Shown here: positions 40,190 through 54,450 of the stretch, piece by piece | Layout of the letters: the number at the start of each line of letters is the position of its first letter | How positions within the stretch are numbered: position 1 is the first letter of the stretch | NCBI RefSeq assembly: GCF_006345805.1 | Contig: NC_043000.1 | Coordinates: forward strand, 107,694,001 to 107,758,000 | Length of the DNA stretch: 64,000 nt | Direction: 5' to 3' | Source: Octopus sinensis | Lineage: Eukaryota | Notes under the pieces: generated by a model | The model's database searches: none | What the model saw: only the letters and a program-made list of their open reading frames with translations | What the model was told of the DNA's origin: nothing | Made by a program: the position numbers and the translations under genes

Positions 40190-40719
40190 GGTTTGTGTGT
40201 ATGTTTATGTGTGTATTTATTTGTTCTTTCTAGAAAACGTGTGACTTAAAAGAGAAAAGGGAGAAATATCGGGTACGTATGTACTTATCTATGGTATCAT
40301 GCCCCGTATGTATCTATGCATTTATGCATAGATATATTATTCATACAATGCGATGTTAAACACTCGCAAATATACAAAGAAACGCATATATGCAATCACA
40401 GACTTTCTGTCTTCCACAACCACAACCACAACCACACGCACGAGCACGCGCACATGCACACCTACACAAGACCACGTATGAATGAATCTATATACGTGTA
40501 TCTATTTCTCTGTGTGTTCAATATTCTATAATTTGAAAAATCTTGTCGTGTTAACCGTTTGAAATAAAAACGCCATAAAATTAGAATCAAAGGCAATCAG
40601 CTCCTGACAACTCAATTACACACACATAACTACTGATAAAACTAAAAATTATTGGCTGACATTCAGATTATATGAATGATTGTAACTCATGTCTTAACTA
40701 TGACTAAATTTTTCACAGC

Positions 40720-40771
40720 GTCTCTGATGAAGGGATATTATTAATTAATATCCTAGAAAAAGCTGTAAGAC
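40720..40771 (+). ncRNA. Type-I hammerhead motif with one stem III mutation
   Basis: GTCT-CTGATGA-AGGGATATTA(TTAAT)TAATATCCTA-GAAA-AAGCTG-T-A-AGAC; would be palindromic ACAGCTGT with a single change. Confidence 0.7.
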
Positions 40772-40894
40772 CTTCTATCTATAAACGCTCTAATATCTAT
40801 ACAGCCTTGGTTTTTTTATCTCGTTACGCAAAAAAATTCTTATATATGTATATATATATATATATGTTTATATATATAAAACATATATATATAG

Positions 40895-41955
<1,061 letters not shown>

Positions 41956-43618
41956 ATTAAATAGAGACAATGGATACGGAAGATAAAATATATTGGAACC
42001 TTTATTTATCACAACGATCGTTTCAACACATCTTTGCGGGTTGGAAACTATACAATGGATTTCTGTAATACAGTTTCTCGTTGCATTTAGTAATGTTTTG
42101 CTCTTAAGATAAACTAGAGCATGTTGATAGCAGTCGTAGCTAAAATACATTGTAAGGGAACGGCAAAAAACCGATTATGTTGCGAAGCTGTGGATACAAA
42201 TAGGAAGTAACTAAGAAAAACAATACAATACCAAGAATAAGGTAAATATAACACACAATTAAGCGTGTCAGTACCTAACCCGCTGTTGGTCGGTTACTCA
42301 TGTACATACCCTGCTGTCATTTTAAATTTAAACTTTAATTTTAACTCATATATAGTTTTTTTAAGCGCGTACTATATTGGTAAAATGATAATAGGCTGTG
42401 CATGGAATCACTATCATCCAGCCAATGTGTAAGATTATATAAGCTCTACTTATACAATGGAATCTAGTAAGCGGAGAATGTATAGTGTATGATGACATCA
42501 GGTGGCCAATACCTATGGATGAGCTTTGCATAGCATACCAGTAGCCATGATATCGGCATTTTGAGACCTGGCTTCAATCATAATTACGCAGGTAATATTC
42601 AGATGGCTTCTCGGCTACAACTTTAATTTTTATGCTCTACAACGCTGTTGACTATTCACTAGTTCATCAAACTGTTCCAGAAAGAAAGAGACATAAATAA
42701 TCGTCAAATTTTGCTCCAACAACCTGCAAATAACGAACTACCTTAATACATTGGCTGATCTCCGTGATATGTCCCTAAAAGTTGTCTCGTTAATCGGGTG
42801 AATTATAACAGCATAGGGCTATAAAATTCGATGAGCAGTAATACGAACAACAAATGAAATTTAATCACATCACCAAGGGACAGAAAACATTCAGAGACAT
42901 GATGACGTTACACCACTAAAAGCGTAATATCATAGATAACGCCACATAAAATGCTTTAATCAAATTAGAAAATAAATTGAATGATTTAAGATCCAATATT
43001 GTTATGGGCTAATGAAACAAGTTAAAATAATCGAGTTTAATCAAGGAATATAACCTTAGTCAATATTAATTCGATTAAAAAACACTAAGGATAGATAAGG
43101 TTGAAGCTGTTGCCAGTTGTCGCTCACTGATTGTTTATTATAATTCTTTATTTGCTTTCTTGCGTGTTCAGGTCTGAAGTAATTCATATAACGAAATGCT
43201 ATGACCAGAACACCTTCCTTTGTTCCTGTAGTCATTAGCAGGATAATTCACGTTAAACTTAACTCTAATTTCTGTAATATTCCTTAGAAATTCATTAAAA
43301 AAGATCATTCCTTAATGAATAACACACAAAACATACGTGTCACTTGCTTTAAACTGTTTCGACGCTGGCAGTTTTATATCCAGTATGACTCTTCTTAAAC
43401 ACTTTAGACGAAATGTCAGTACATCGCGTTACAGGTTCTATTCCACTCATAGTCAGTAACAGATTGCGGGTAATATTTGCGTGCATTTGGAAGTATGCAA
43501 AGTATGAATTATTTTCTTAGTTAATATAAAAATATAAGTTTGTAGCGGTCCTGCTGGAAAACTTTACATCCGGGAATGAAGAGCACAATAACAGATCAGC
43601 ACAAAGCGGGGAATTCAC

Positions 43619-43653
<35 letters not shown>

Positions 43654-43685
43654 GTGTATGTATGTATGTATGTATGTATGTATGT

Positions 43686-43930
43686 ATGTATGTATGTATG
43701 TATATTTCGAAACGCGGAGTAGAGAAAGCAGGGACAACCGAAGAAGGAGAATATTCTTTATGTTGTATGTCTCGTTTCTCTGTTTTTTCGTTGTTAGAAA
43801 AAAAGTTCGTTTCTAAGATTTGTTTTTATGTTTTCGTTTCTCATTGTGTTCAACGTTTTTTTTTTATGTTCTGTACCCATATATGCATGTATATATACAT
43901 ATGTAGGTATGTACATATATGTTTGTATAT
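43686..43930 (+). repeat. Dispersed repeat homologous to the 53990-54450 fold-back arms
   Basis: GGGACAACCGAAGAAGGAGAATATTCTTTATGTTG..CCCATATATGCATG shared. Confidence 0.85.
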
Positions 43931-43947
43931 ATGCATATATATATATA

Positions 43948-43991
<44 letters not shown>

Positions 43992-44057
43992 TATATATAT
44001 ATATAATATATAATATATAATAATATATATATATATATATAATATATATATATATAG

Positions 44058-44090
<33 letters not shown>

Positions 44091-44178
44091 GATATTATAT
44101 ATATATATGTATATATATATATGTATATATATATAAATATGTATGTATATATATATGTATATATATATATATGTATAT

Positions 44179-44215
<37 letters not shown>

Positions 44216-44274
44216 GTATATATATATATATGTATATATATTATGTATATATATATAATGTATATATATATATG

Positions 44275-44355
<81 letters not shown>

Positions 44356-44401
44356 TATATATATATAATACATATATATATATATACATATATATATATA
44401 C

Positions 44402-44518
<117 letters not shown>

Positions 44519-44778
44519 ACAATTACTACTACTTCCTGTACTGCAAACATGCTGAATCAAACAACACAACACATGCTCTTAATCCCTTTGGATCTTAACA
44601 CCTCAAGGTAATTTTTTCGTGAACAACCATAAAACTCAAGATACACAACGAACTCACAATGTATCGGAGAACTTATTTTTTAATTTTTGTTCATTTTTAT
44701 CATTATTCATTTACAAAAAACAATGCAATTTTCTTTTTTCCCCTTTCTAATTTTTAAAAAAACTTTTTAAAACATAAA

Positions 44779-44819
44779 TATTCTTGACAAGTCATACAAT
44801 GACGAAAACCGGTTGAATA
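44779..44819 (+). ncRNA. Minimal type-I hammerhead motif, U3-A8 core variant
   Basis: TATTC-TTGACAA-GTCAT(ACA)ATGAC-GAAA(A)-CCGG-T-T-GAATA; perfect 5-bp stems I and II, one extra A in the GAAA run. Confidence 0.7.
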
Positions 44820-44964
44820 AATATATATTTATATATTTTATCAATTTCTCATTTTATTAGAATTTTCTTTTTATTTGAGCATTCTGCATTTAAAAAATTT
44901 TTTTTCCTTACTTATATATATGTATATATATATATATACGTATATATATATATATATATGTATG

Positions 44965-45075
<111 letters not shown>

Positions 45076-45266
45076 GTATATATATGTATATATATATATA
45101 TATATATTTACATAGGTGAATGAATTATCCTATGTTTATCGTCAGCATGGAAAATTCGTTTAACCGAAACCTGGGTTGCAAATTCACGTCAGAAACACGG
45201 TTGAAGCGACCTGTCCAAGGGTAGAAACTCCGGGTTCATGTGCAGAAATTTGTGTGTTGTATATGT

Positions 45267-45304
<38 letters not shown>

Positions 45305-46088
45305 TATGCATATATGTGTGTGCGTGTGTGTGTGTGAGTGTGAAGTCAAATCACCTTTATGCCTTTACCTCAATTCTCCTTTGCTGTAAATTTTTCTGTC
45401 TCTTTTGGATAAGTGTCTCATACATAATTGTGTCAATGTGATTGGATAATTAAAAACCGCCTGTTATATCATAGTCAAATTAGAGTTAATATATTTTGCT
45501 CAATTAAATGGTTGTTACAACGTTAAACTGAAATCAAGCAGTCCCAGCTTATAAACCCTATTATAATCCAACATTTTTCGACGATGTTATCTTATCTGCA
45601 TATCAGCACCTTTTATTTCTACCTTTTTTTTATCATATATACCATAGAGATGCATAACAGTGCTATATTTGTCTTTCGAGAACACAATGGGTCGATATAA
45701 TCGACTTAATCCGTTTGTCTGTCCGTGTTTGTCCTCTCTGTGTTTAGCCCCTTGTGGGTAGTAAAGAAATAGATATTTAGACCAAAGGCCTACTTATTGA
45801 TAGTTTCCTTAAAATTTCTGATTTAATGCATTATATATTTTATATTTATTTCGTTTCCCGTCTGAATTGATTACCCTAAATATCTGCTTTGGACATACCG
45901 TTTCTTGCAGCGTGATATAATTCTTTTCGGTACCATCCTTGGATGGAGTCTTGGCTCAGGACAACTTGACACTTACTTTTAAGGCAGGATTATTTGTCTA
46001 TTGTCTAGTGACTGGACATTGTTCTGTTCTGTTTATAGGGAATCTACTGATACTCCCTATCGTTTACGCTTGCCGGGTGTGCGAATAA

Positions 46089-47060
46089 GAACCAGTTACG
46101 GACCTTGTAGGGCATTAGCTACTTAACGGTCTCCATGAACAACTCCCTAACATCTCTGGTGGTCTATACAGAGAAGACGCTCTTTTTGCAATCAAAAATT
46201 CTAGCAACCGGAAAATCGGACTAGAAAAACATTAACAAGTTTTTAAAAGAAAAAAAACGTCGGCCTTAGCATCTCCTTCTGTAACAACGTTAAAACTGCT
46301 AATTTCTTGGATGCAACCCTGGACTTGCAAAACCAAACCATCAATACTACAAATCTGGGGAAAACCTTGACTACGTGAACTTCTCCTCCAACCACCTCCT
46401 CCATCATTAAATCTATTATGGAAAGTGTTTCCTACCGAATTTCCTCACCGTCTACTAATAATGGTTTATTCGATCAATATGCCGAATATTACAATTGTGC
46501 CCTACAACGTGCCGGATATAAAAACTCAATCGAATACATCTCCATGAGGGATATTCTCGTCTCCACTAAACCTGGAACTGAAACCGGTTACGCATCCTCA
46601 TATAGTAAACGTAAAATCCCCCATCCCATCTCTTCAATGCATATCCAAATTTCAGAGTAACAGGCGACTTAACAAACAACCCTCTTACCAGATGACACCA
46701 AATCCTATATACCTCACAACTCACCGAAACAAACTCCACCATAAACCTCTCAAAACCTATCCTCACTCGGTTAACCCCCCCCCCACAATCAGATTAAACT
46801 ATCCAGAACTTGGGACGTTATCTGGATCCACTTACCTTCGCTCAGACTCGAGTAACTAAACTCTTTTCATCCTACTTGAAAAAATTCTCCCTAAATCTAA
46901 AACCCTTAGAAATATATTTAACCCCCAATCTACAAACTTGTTCTACTCCACCACCACCACCACCACCACCACTAACATCGCCGGAGTTATCCGACATCTT
47001 AACAACAGCAAGAAACTCAGAAATCCACGACCAGCTAACCTCCACCCTGATAAATTAACT
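46089..47060 (+). mobile_element. Penelope-like element reverse-transcriptase remnant
   Basis: VTDLVG..GGLYRED (YRDD-like), KTANFLDATLDL, YVNFSSNH, RISSPS..YYNCALQRAGY, and later TNIAGVIRHLN; motif order matches PLE RT and thumb. Confidence 0.8.
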
Positions 47061-47156
47061 CAATATAGCACCCAGCTCCACGCACATAAATCCAAAACAC
47101 CAATTGATACCCTTAACAACACTAATCCTCATAAGGTACATAAATGCCTACACACA

Positions 47157-47199
<43 letters not shown>

Positions 47200-47389
47200 G
47201 CGCGCGCACGCACGCACGCGCACACGCATGCGATTATTTGGTGCACGTTGTCCAATTTTACAATTTTGTAAATATTAATAATGATGATAATAATAATAAT
47301 AACAACAACAATAACAACAACAACAACAACAGCAACAACAACAACAACAACAGCAACAACAACAACAACAGCAACAACAACAACAACAA

Positions 47390-47424
<35 letters not shown>

Positions 47425-48090
47425 TAATAATAATAATAATAATAATAATATATTTATAGGCTTAAGACTCATAAGCGATCACTGTGCATTGACTAAGGTA
47501 AACAGTTTAATACTGAGGCATATATATATATTTGTACAGTGTTAATGAGGTCGTGGGAAAGGAAACTCTAGAACACATTCAATGATTACTATATGTAAAT
47601 GAGGAAAACACTTGATCCCAGTGTGATTTCGAAACCGATTCATCGAGAGCAACGACTAAGCACTGCAATGCATTTATCTACACTAGTGTTGAACTGCTTT
47701 CGCAAATTCGCTGATCTTAAAATATTTTTTTTCCTATTGATTGAATTTAACTGGAGAAGGATAAAATAGGAAACTGTAATTTTCAACTTTTTTCTGGAGA
47801 TCATTAGCGGCTCAAATTCAATAAAATTGCTTCCGCTTGGAATCGAATTCTCATCAGGTTACTCGGCCTACTGTGAATTTAATTCTTGCTCTACTCTACT
47901 CGACATAAAAACTTTTCGTCATGAACATTTTCGATTATTTATTTAGCGAATGAGAGAAATAAATAAAAACGTGCGAAATGTTACACGAAATATAGGCGGT
48001 TTGTATTTTCTACGACACGCAATAGTGCATAGATACAAGAGTTACTTAACACTCAAGGGTGTGTTTTATGTAATTGTAAGCATGTACGAA

Positions 48091-48694
48091 AAGGCGGCGA
48101 GCTGGCAGAATCGTTAGCACACCGGGCGAAATGTTTAGCAGTATTTCGTCTGCCGCTACGTTCTGAGTTCAAATTTCGCCGCGGTCGAATTTGCCTTTCA
48201 TCCCTTTCGGGGTCGATTAAATAAGTAGCAGTTACGCACTGGGGTCGATATAACCGACTTAATCCGTTTGTCTGTCCTTGTTTGTCCTCTCTGTATTTAG
48301 CCCCTTGTGGGTAGTAAAGAAATAGGTATTTCGTCTACCGTTACGTTCTGAGTTCAAATTCCGCCGAGGTCGACTTTGCCTTTCATCCCTTTCGGGGTCG
48401 ATTAATTAAGTACCAGTTACGCACTGGGGTCGATATAACCGACTTAATCCGTTTGTCTGTCCTTGTTTGTCCTCTCTGTATTTAGCCCCTTGTGGGTAGT
48501 AAAGAAATATGTATTTCGTCTGCCGTTACGTTTTGAGTTCAAATTCCGCCGAGGTTGACTTTGCCTTTCATCCTTTTCGGGGTCGATTAAATAAGTACCA
48601 GTTACGCACTGGGGTCGATATAGCCGACTTAATCCGTTTGTCTGTCCTTGTTTGTCCTCTCTATGTTTAGCCCCTTGTGGGTAGTAAAGAAATA
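48091..48694 (+). mobile_element. SINE family C, one head + three tandem 185-bp alpha bodies
   Basis: GTATTTCGTCT at 48141, 48326 and 48511; 12-bp target duplication TGTAAGCATGTA at 48075 and 48695. Confidence 0.95.
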
Positions 48695-49301
48695 TGTAAG
48701 CATGTATATGAGGTAGTATAGTTCTTTGTAAACACTAATATAATTGGTAAACGTGGTGTTAAATTGTAATACTAGGTTCGCCTCTTCTCGTGCATATGTG
48801 TGTTCCACCGGCATAATGTGCAAAAGATAAATCATAATATTTCTGTTTGCAAAACATAATTTATAATAATCGTTTTCTCAATATTGCCGTGGGATTTCAG
48901 CCATGCAATTTATGTTGACAACGAGTGATATTTCTAGTATGCAGTGTGATAGCAGCAGCAGCTTGCATACGCACGTACACGTACGCGCGTGCACACACAC
49001 ACACACATACACAAGCACAAACAACATACACAAAAGCATACACACGCAAACATACACGTATAAACATGCCGGTAATTGTTTATGTTATTATATCACAGCT
49101 CAGCTCAGATCCAATAGAACGGTGATCAAATGCACCTCACATTTGTTCATCCCATAATTTAGTTTTCAGGCATAGCGAACTCCAGGCAATAGTAAAAGAC
49201 GCCTGTTCAAGATACCATATAGTCGGATCGAAACCAGATCTCGAAAAATTCTTAAAATCTTAGCCATGCCTGCCTTCATACACCATACACACACACACAC
49301 A

Positions 49302-49394
<93 letters not shown>

Positions 49395-49791
49395 GGACTG
49401 AATCATCTGGGGTAAAGTAAAACGTTAACGCCTGATGAGAGAGATTTTTCTTTAGAAAGAAAACTAGATCGTATATTTGAAATGTTTTTAAGAAGACTGG
49501 ATTGTTACAGATGGAAAGCTTTTCAAATAGCGACGATTAGCAACGGGTGAAACGCCTTTTAAAAAACGTGTCTAAGACAAACATGAGCCATTCCCAAACT
49601 CAGCAAAATACACGTATTGTTTATACCCAGTTGTCAACAGAGCCAAAGCGAAGAGGCAATACGCATTAGGTGATGTGAAGAGCACCAATGATAAAAAGTA
49701 ACACGTGTGGGGCATATACTGGAAAAGTTACAAAAGTTTTGAATTTTTAATGTGGATGTTTATGTTTTCTTTTAATAATTTCTACCATATA

Positions 49792-50160
49792 TCTTTTATT
49801 TTGTAGTTGTTTCAGTCGGTAGACATCAGCTATGCTGAGATAATGTCTTGAAGAATTTTAGTCGAACGAATCAACCCGATTACTTGTATTTTGGAAGTAT
49901 GATCCTTATTCTATTGGTGTCTTTTTGCCGAGCCGCTAACTTATAGAGACTTAAGCAAGCCAACAGCGGTTGTCAGCCGTTAGAAGAACCCCCCCCCCAC
50001 ACACACACACAACGGGTATTTTTCTGTTTCCGTCTACCAAATCTACCGAATACGAGGCTACAGTTGAAGACACTTGCCCATGTTTCCACACAGTGGGACC
50101 AAACACAGAGCCATGTAGCTGGGAAGCTCACTTCTTATTACACAGCAAAGCCTGCGCCAT
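49792..50160 (-). mobile_element. SINE family A, old copy
   Basis: Degenerate head, internal tract and tail. Confidence 0.75.
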
Positions 50161-50685
50161 TATAAATGCAATTTTGTTTTTCTCTAAATGTTATTGATTA
50201 TATGAAAATCAATAAAACGTGGAACGCTTATTCGCATCGGTATAAATTCTGCTCAACATAAAATTTATAATCCGTTCTACCGCCTTGTATTAAGTTCGTT
50301 ATAGATTATTTACACTATGATGGCCACTCGATTTCAACGCATTCAATAAGTGTACGGTGAAGCAATGCTTACTAAGGCGACGTTAAACCTTAGAGAAATT
50401 CTCTAATAGGACCAGCCTAACACAGTACAAAAGGGACGGACCTTCGAATTACGAATACAGTCCACCTCATAGGCTGCTACAATGTTTCTCTCAAATCAGT
50501 TTGAGTGCCAAGGTTTGGATCAACTCCAGGAAATAGTAAAAGAAACCTGTTCAAGATACCATATAGTCGGATCGAATCCAGATCTCAAGTTTGCAAAGCA
50601 AAATTCTTAATCTCTTAGTCATGCCTGCCTTCATACACCACACATACACATGCACCAACACACACAATCTATCTATCTATCTATA

Positions 50686-50759
<74 letters not shown>

Positions 50760-50791
50760 GCTAGCTAGCTAGCTACTTACACACACACGCG

Positions 50792-50871
<80 letters not shown>

Positions 50872-50873
<2 letters not shown>

Positions 50874-51737
50874 CTACTAACAATATAGGATGAAGTCCCT
50901 TTCTCTACAGAAAAGGATTCCATCAAAAAGCGTGGCAGTATATTAAAAAAACCTTTACGGTTGAAGTATAAACATCTTATAAATAAGGGCTAAAGAAGGT
51001 TATTCTAAAGCCAATACACTGATTTATCCACTTATAATCCACTTGTTACAGGAAAATTGAACTGAAAGCGGGCAACTAACCTTTAGAAAATTTAAATTTC
51101 GTTATCTCTATATTGAATCAATTTCGGAATTAATCCCTATAAAGGATACATTCTTCTTCAGTAGAGCTTACGAGGGAATATAAATAAAATACTCACATGT
51201 GATCATGGAAAAAGCAGAAGCTAAAAACACAACTACACTTAAGTACATCATTTATATCTAAAAATAAAAATTCCTCGGTCAGTCTCAGAACAACGTGTTG
51301 ACCTATCGCCGCTACATATTGTGATGGTTACCGGTCCCCTTGTAACAAGCAGTGAGTTTACTACTAACAATATAGGATGAAGTCCCTTTCTCTACAGAAA
51401 AGGATCCCATCAAAAAGCGTGGCAGTATATTACAAAAACCTTTACGGTTGAAGTATAAACATCTTATAATTAAGGGCTAAAGAAGGTTATTCTAAAGCCA
51501 ATACACTGATTTATCCACTTATAATCCACTTGTTACAAGAAAATTGAACTGAAAGCGGGCAACTAACCTTTAGAAAATTTAAATTTCGTTATCTCTATAT
51601 TGAATAAATTGCGGAATTTAAATTTTCTAAAGGTTAGTTGCCCGCTTTCAGTTCAATTTTCCTGTAACAAGTGGGTAATAAGTGGATAAATCAGTGTATT
51701 GGTTTTAGAATAACCTTCTTTAGCCCTTAATTATAAG

Positions 51738-51740
<3 letters not shown>
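50872..51740 (-). mobile_element. HHR-bearing tandem element: 487-bp period direct repeat plus inverted terminal segment
   Basis: 50872-51130 repeats at 51359-51617; 51618-51740 is an inverted copy of part of the unit. Confidence 0.9.
51106..51166 (-). ncRNA. Type-I hammerhead ribozyme motif
   Basis: CTCTA-CTGAAGA-AGAAT..ATCCTT(TAT)AGGGAT..ATTCC-GAAA-TTGATTCAA-T-A-TAGAG; canonical core, 5-bp stem I, near-palindromic stem III, AUA triplet. Confidence 0.8.
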
Positions 51741-51812
<72 letters not shown>

Positions 51813-51825
51813 ATGGGTGTATATT

Positions 51826-52222
51826 CTTTTCTACTCTAGGTATAAGACCCGAAATTTTGGGGTATGGGGTCGGTCGATTAGATCGACCCAGTACGCAATT
51901 GGTGCTTAATTTATCGACCCCAAGGGGATGAAAAGCAAAGTCGACCTCGGCGGAAGTTGAACTCAGAACATAAAGACAAACGAAATACCTATTTCTTTAC
52001 TACCCACAAGGGGCTAAACACAGAGAGGGCAAACAAGGACAGACAAACAGATTAAGTCGATTATTTCGATCCCAGTGCGTAACTGGTACTTATTTAATCG
52101 ACCACGAAAGGATGAAAGGCAAAGTCGACCTCGATGGAACTTGAACTCAGAACGTAGCGGCAGACGAAATACCGCTAAGCATTTCGCCCGGCGCGCTAAC
52201 GTTTCTGCCAGCTCGCCGCCTT
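51826..52222 (-). mobile_element. SINE family C, dimeric (alpha + beta bodies)
   Basis: Same layout as 847-1231; 15-bp target duplication ATATGGGTGTATATT at 51811 and 52223. Confidence 0.95.
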
Positions 52223-52906
52223 ATATGGGTGTATATTAGTTGTGTCAGAGGAGAGAGAGAGAAAGAGAGAGAGAGAGAGTGAGAGAGAAAGAGAGTGAGA
52301 TGTACTATGTAACGAAAGGATTAAACAAAAGAATTTCCGTTTCGCTGACAATAATAGATGTCATTGTTACAATACGTTTCTGTTTCCCTTTTGGGGCCAG
52401 AAAAATAAAGGAGTTCATGCTTGGTTCATCATTGTTTCGCAGCGCTTCATCAGAGATCGTTTACTATTTTTGGTAATCGTTGTGGGGGGGGGGGGGGCAA
52501 TACGAGCTTTTACCTCTATTTTATTATACAGAAACTTTAGTACTACAAAAACGGGCAGCCCTAATTTACGTGACATGGAGATAATTTAGAAAGCGTATTC
52601 ATTAATTAACTACTTAATTAATTAATAGCTGTAAGCTACTATTCTCTCTGTAATCAGTAACCATGATATGATTTGATTAACATCAATGAGTAACCGTGAT
52701 TTGATTACGCAGTTGCAAGGGACTTGAATATTTCGGATCAGAGAGAGTGAATTTCTTTTGATTTGATTACCATAACTAATATTGATTTCAAATTTTGGCA
52801 CAAGGTCAGCAACTTTGAAGGAAGAGGCAAAGTTGATTACACCGACACCAGTGTTAAACTGGTACCTGTTTTATCAACCCCGAAGGAAGGAAATTTTATT
52901 TTTTTT

Positions 52907-53166
52907 ATGCGCCCTTTTCAAGACCTAGCCAGGCTCATGAGCCCGGTTTCCCGGTTTCTGTGGTGTATGTGTTACTCAAGAAACAGGAAGAAAGAGTGAG
53001 AGAAAGTTTGGGCGAAAGAGTATACAAGGGTTCGCTACCACCCCCTGCCGGAGCATCGTGGAGCTTTGGGTGTTTTCACTTAATAAACTCACACAACGCC
53101 CGGTCTGGGAATCGAAACCGCGATCCTCCGACCGCGAGTCCGCTGCCCTAACCACTGGGCCATTGC
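52907..53166 (-). mobile_element. SINE family D, full length
   Basis: Reverse complement of TGCAATGGCCCAGTGGTTAGGGCAGCGG..GTTTCGATTCCCAGACC; abuts a truncated SINE C head (53170-53275). Confidence 0.9.
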
Positions 53167-53711
53167 ACCTCAACGATAGAAGTCGATCTCGGCAGAATTT
53201 GAACCCAGATGTAAGGACGTCGAAATGTTGCTTGGAATTTTGCTGGCGTGCTAACGATTTTGCCATCTCGCCGCCCAAATTATAATATTTAGAGGGAGGC
53301 AAAATTGTTGTATTCATTGTTAAAAGCACAGACTCGTAAGTTTACTTTACATCGTAAATGCTGTATAGTACTTTCATGATTTTGTCTCGTTTTGTTAACA
53401 ACTGCATTACTACTTGACTAGAGTTAATCTTATCAAGTAGTAATCCTGAAAAAAAGTAAAATACAAAAAAATGGTGAAAGCACTTATGTCATTCGTATTC
53501 TGGATGCCGAGGAAAGAACCATTTGATTCTATATGTATCATTCGAAGCGAGACAGAAAAAATTGTTTATTAAAAAAAGACACGCTAGGATGAGTTCATCA
53601 GGCATCTTGTATCTTTCTCTTTCTTTCTCTTTCTCTCTCTCCCCTCTCCCCTCTCCCTGTCCTTCTATCTCTCTATAAATACGCATATGTGTATGTGCAT
53701 ATATATGATAT

Positions 53712-53769
<58 letters not shown>

Positions 53770-53857
53770 ACATGTATACACACACGCGTATATATATACA
53801 CACATACACACTCATATATTATATATATGGAACATGTTAGTTTTTTCTTCGAGATTT

Positions 53858-53906
<49 letters not shown>

Positions 53907-53989
53907 GAGATAGATAGATAGATAAAACTTACTTGGAAAAGGATGAGTGGCGTTCGATCATATAATAAATAAATAATATATAGATATAT

Positions 53990-54450
53990 GCATAGGTACA
54001 TACATATATATGTACACACCTACATATATATATGTATATATACATGCATATATGCGTACAGGAATAAAAGAAAACGTTGAACACAATGAGAAACGAAAAC
54101 ATAAAAACAAAAACATGGAAACGAACTTTTTTGCGAACAATGAAAAAAACAAACAGAGAAACGAGACATACAACATAAAGAGTATTCTCCTTCTTCAGTT
54201 GTCCCTGTTTCTTCTACTCCGTGTCTCGAAGGCAAGAGGGACAACTGAAGAAAGGGAATATTCTTTATGTTGCATGTCTCGTTTCTCTGTTTGTTTTTTC
54301 ATTGTTCGAAAAAAAGTTCGTTTCTATGTTTTCGCTTTTATGTTTTCGTTTCTCATTAGGTTCAACGTTTTTTTTTGGTGTCCTGTGCCCATATATGCAT
54401 GTATATATACATATATATTTAGGTATGTACATATATGTATATATACATAT
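53990..54450. repeat. Fold-back with ~215-bp inverted arms
   Basis: ..TTCTTCAGTTGTCCCT (54190-54207) vs AGGGACAACTGAAGAA (54237-54252), extending to CCCATATATGCATG on both sides. Confidence 0.9.

Noticed and set aside
54180-54260. Type-II hammerhead from GAAAC..CTGAAGA order (also 43689)
   Set aside because: Stems I and III do not pair in this permutation
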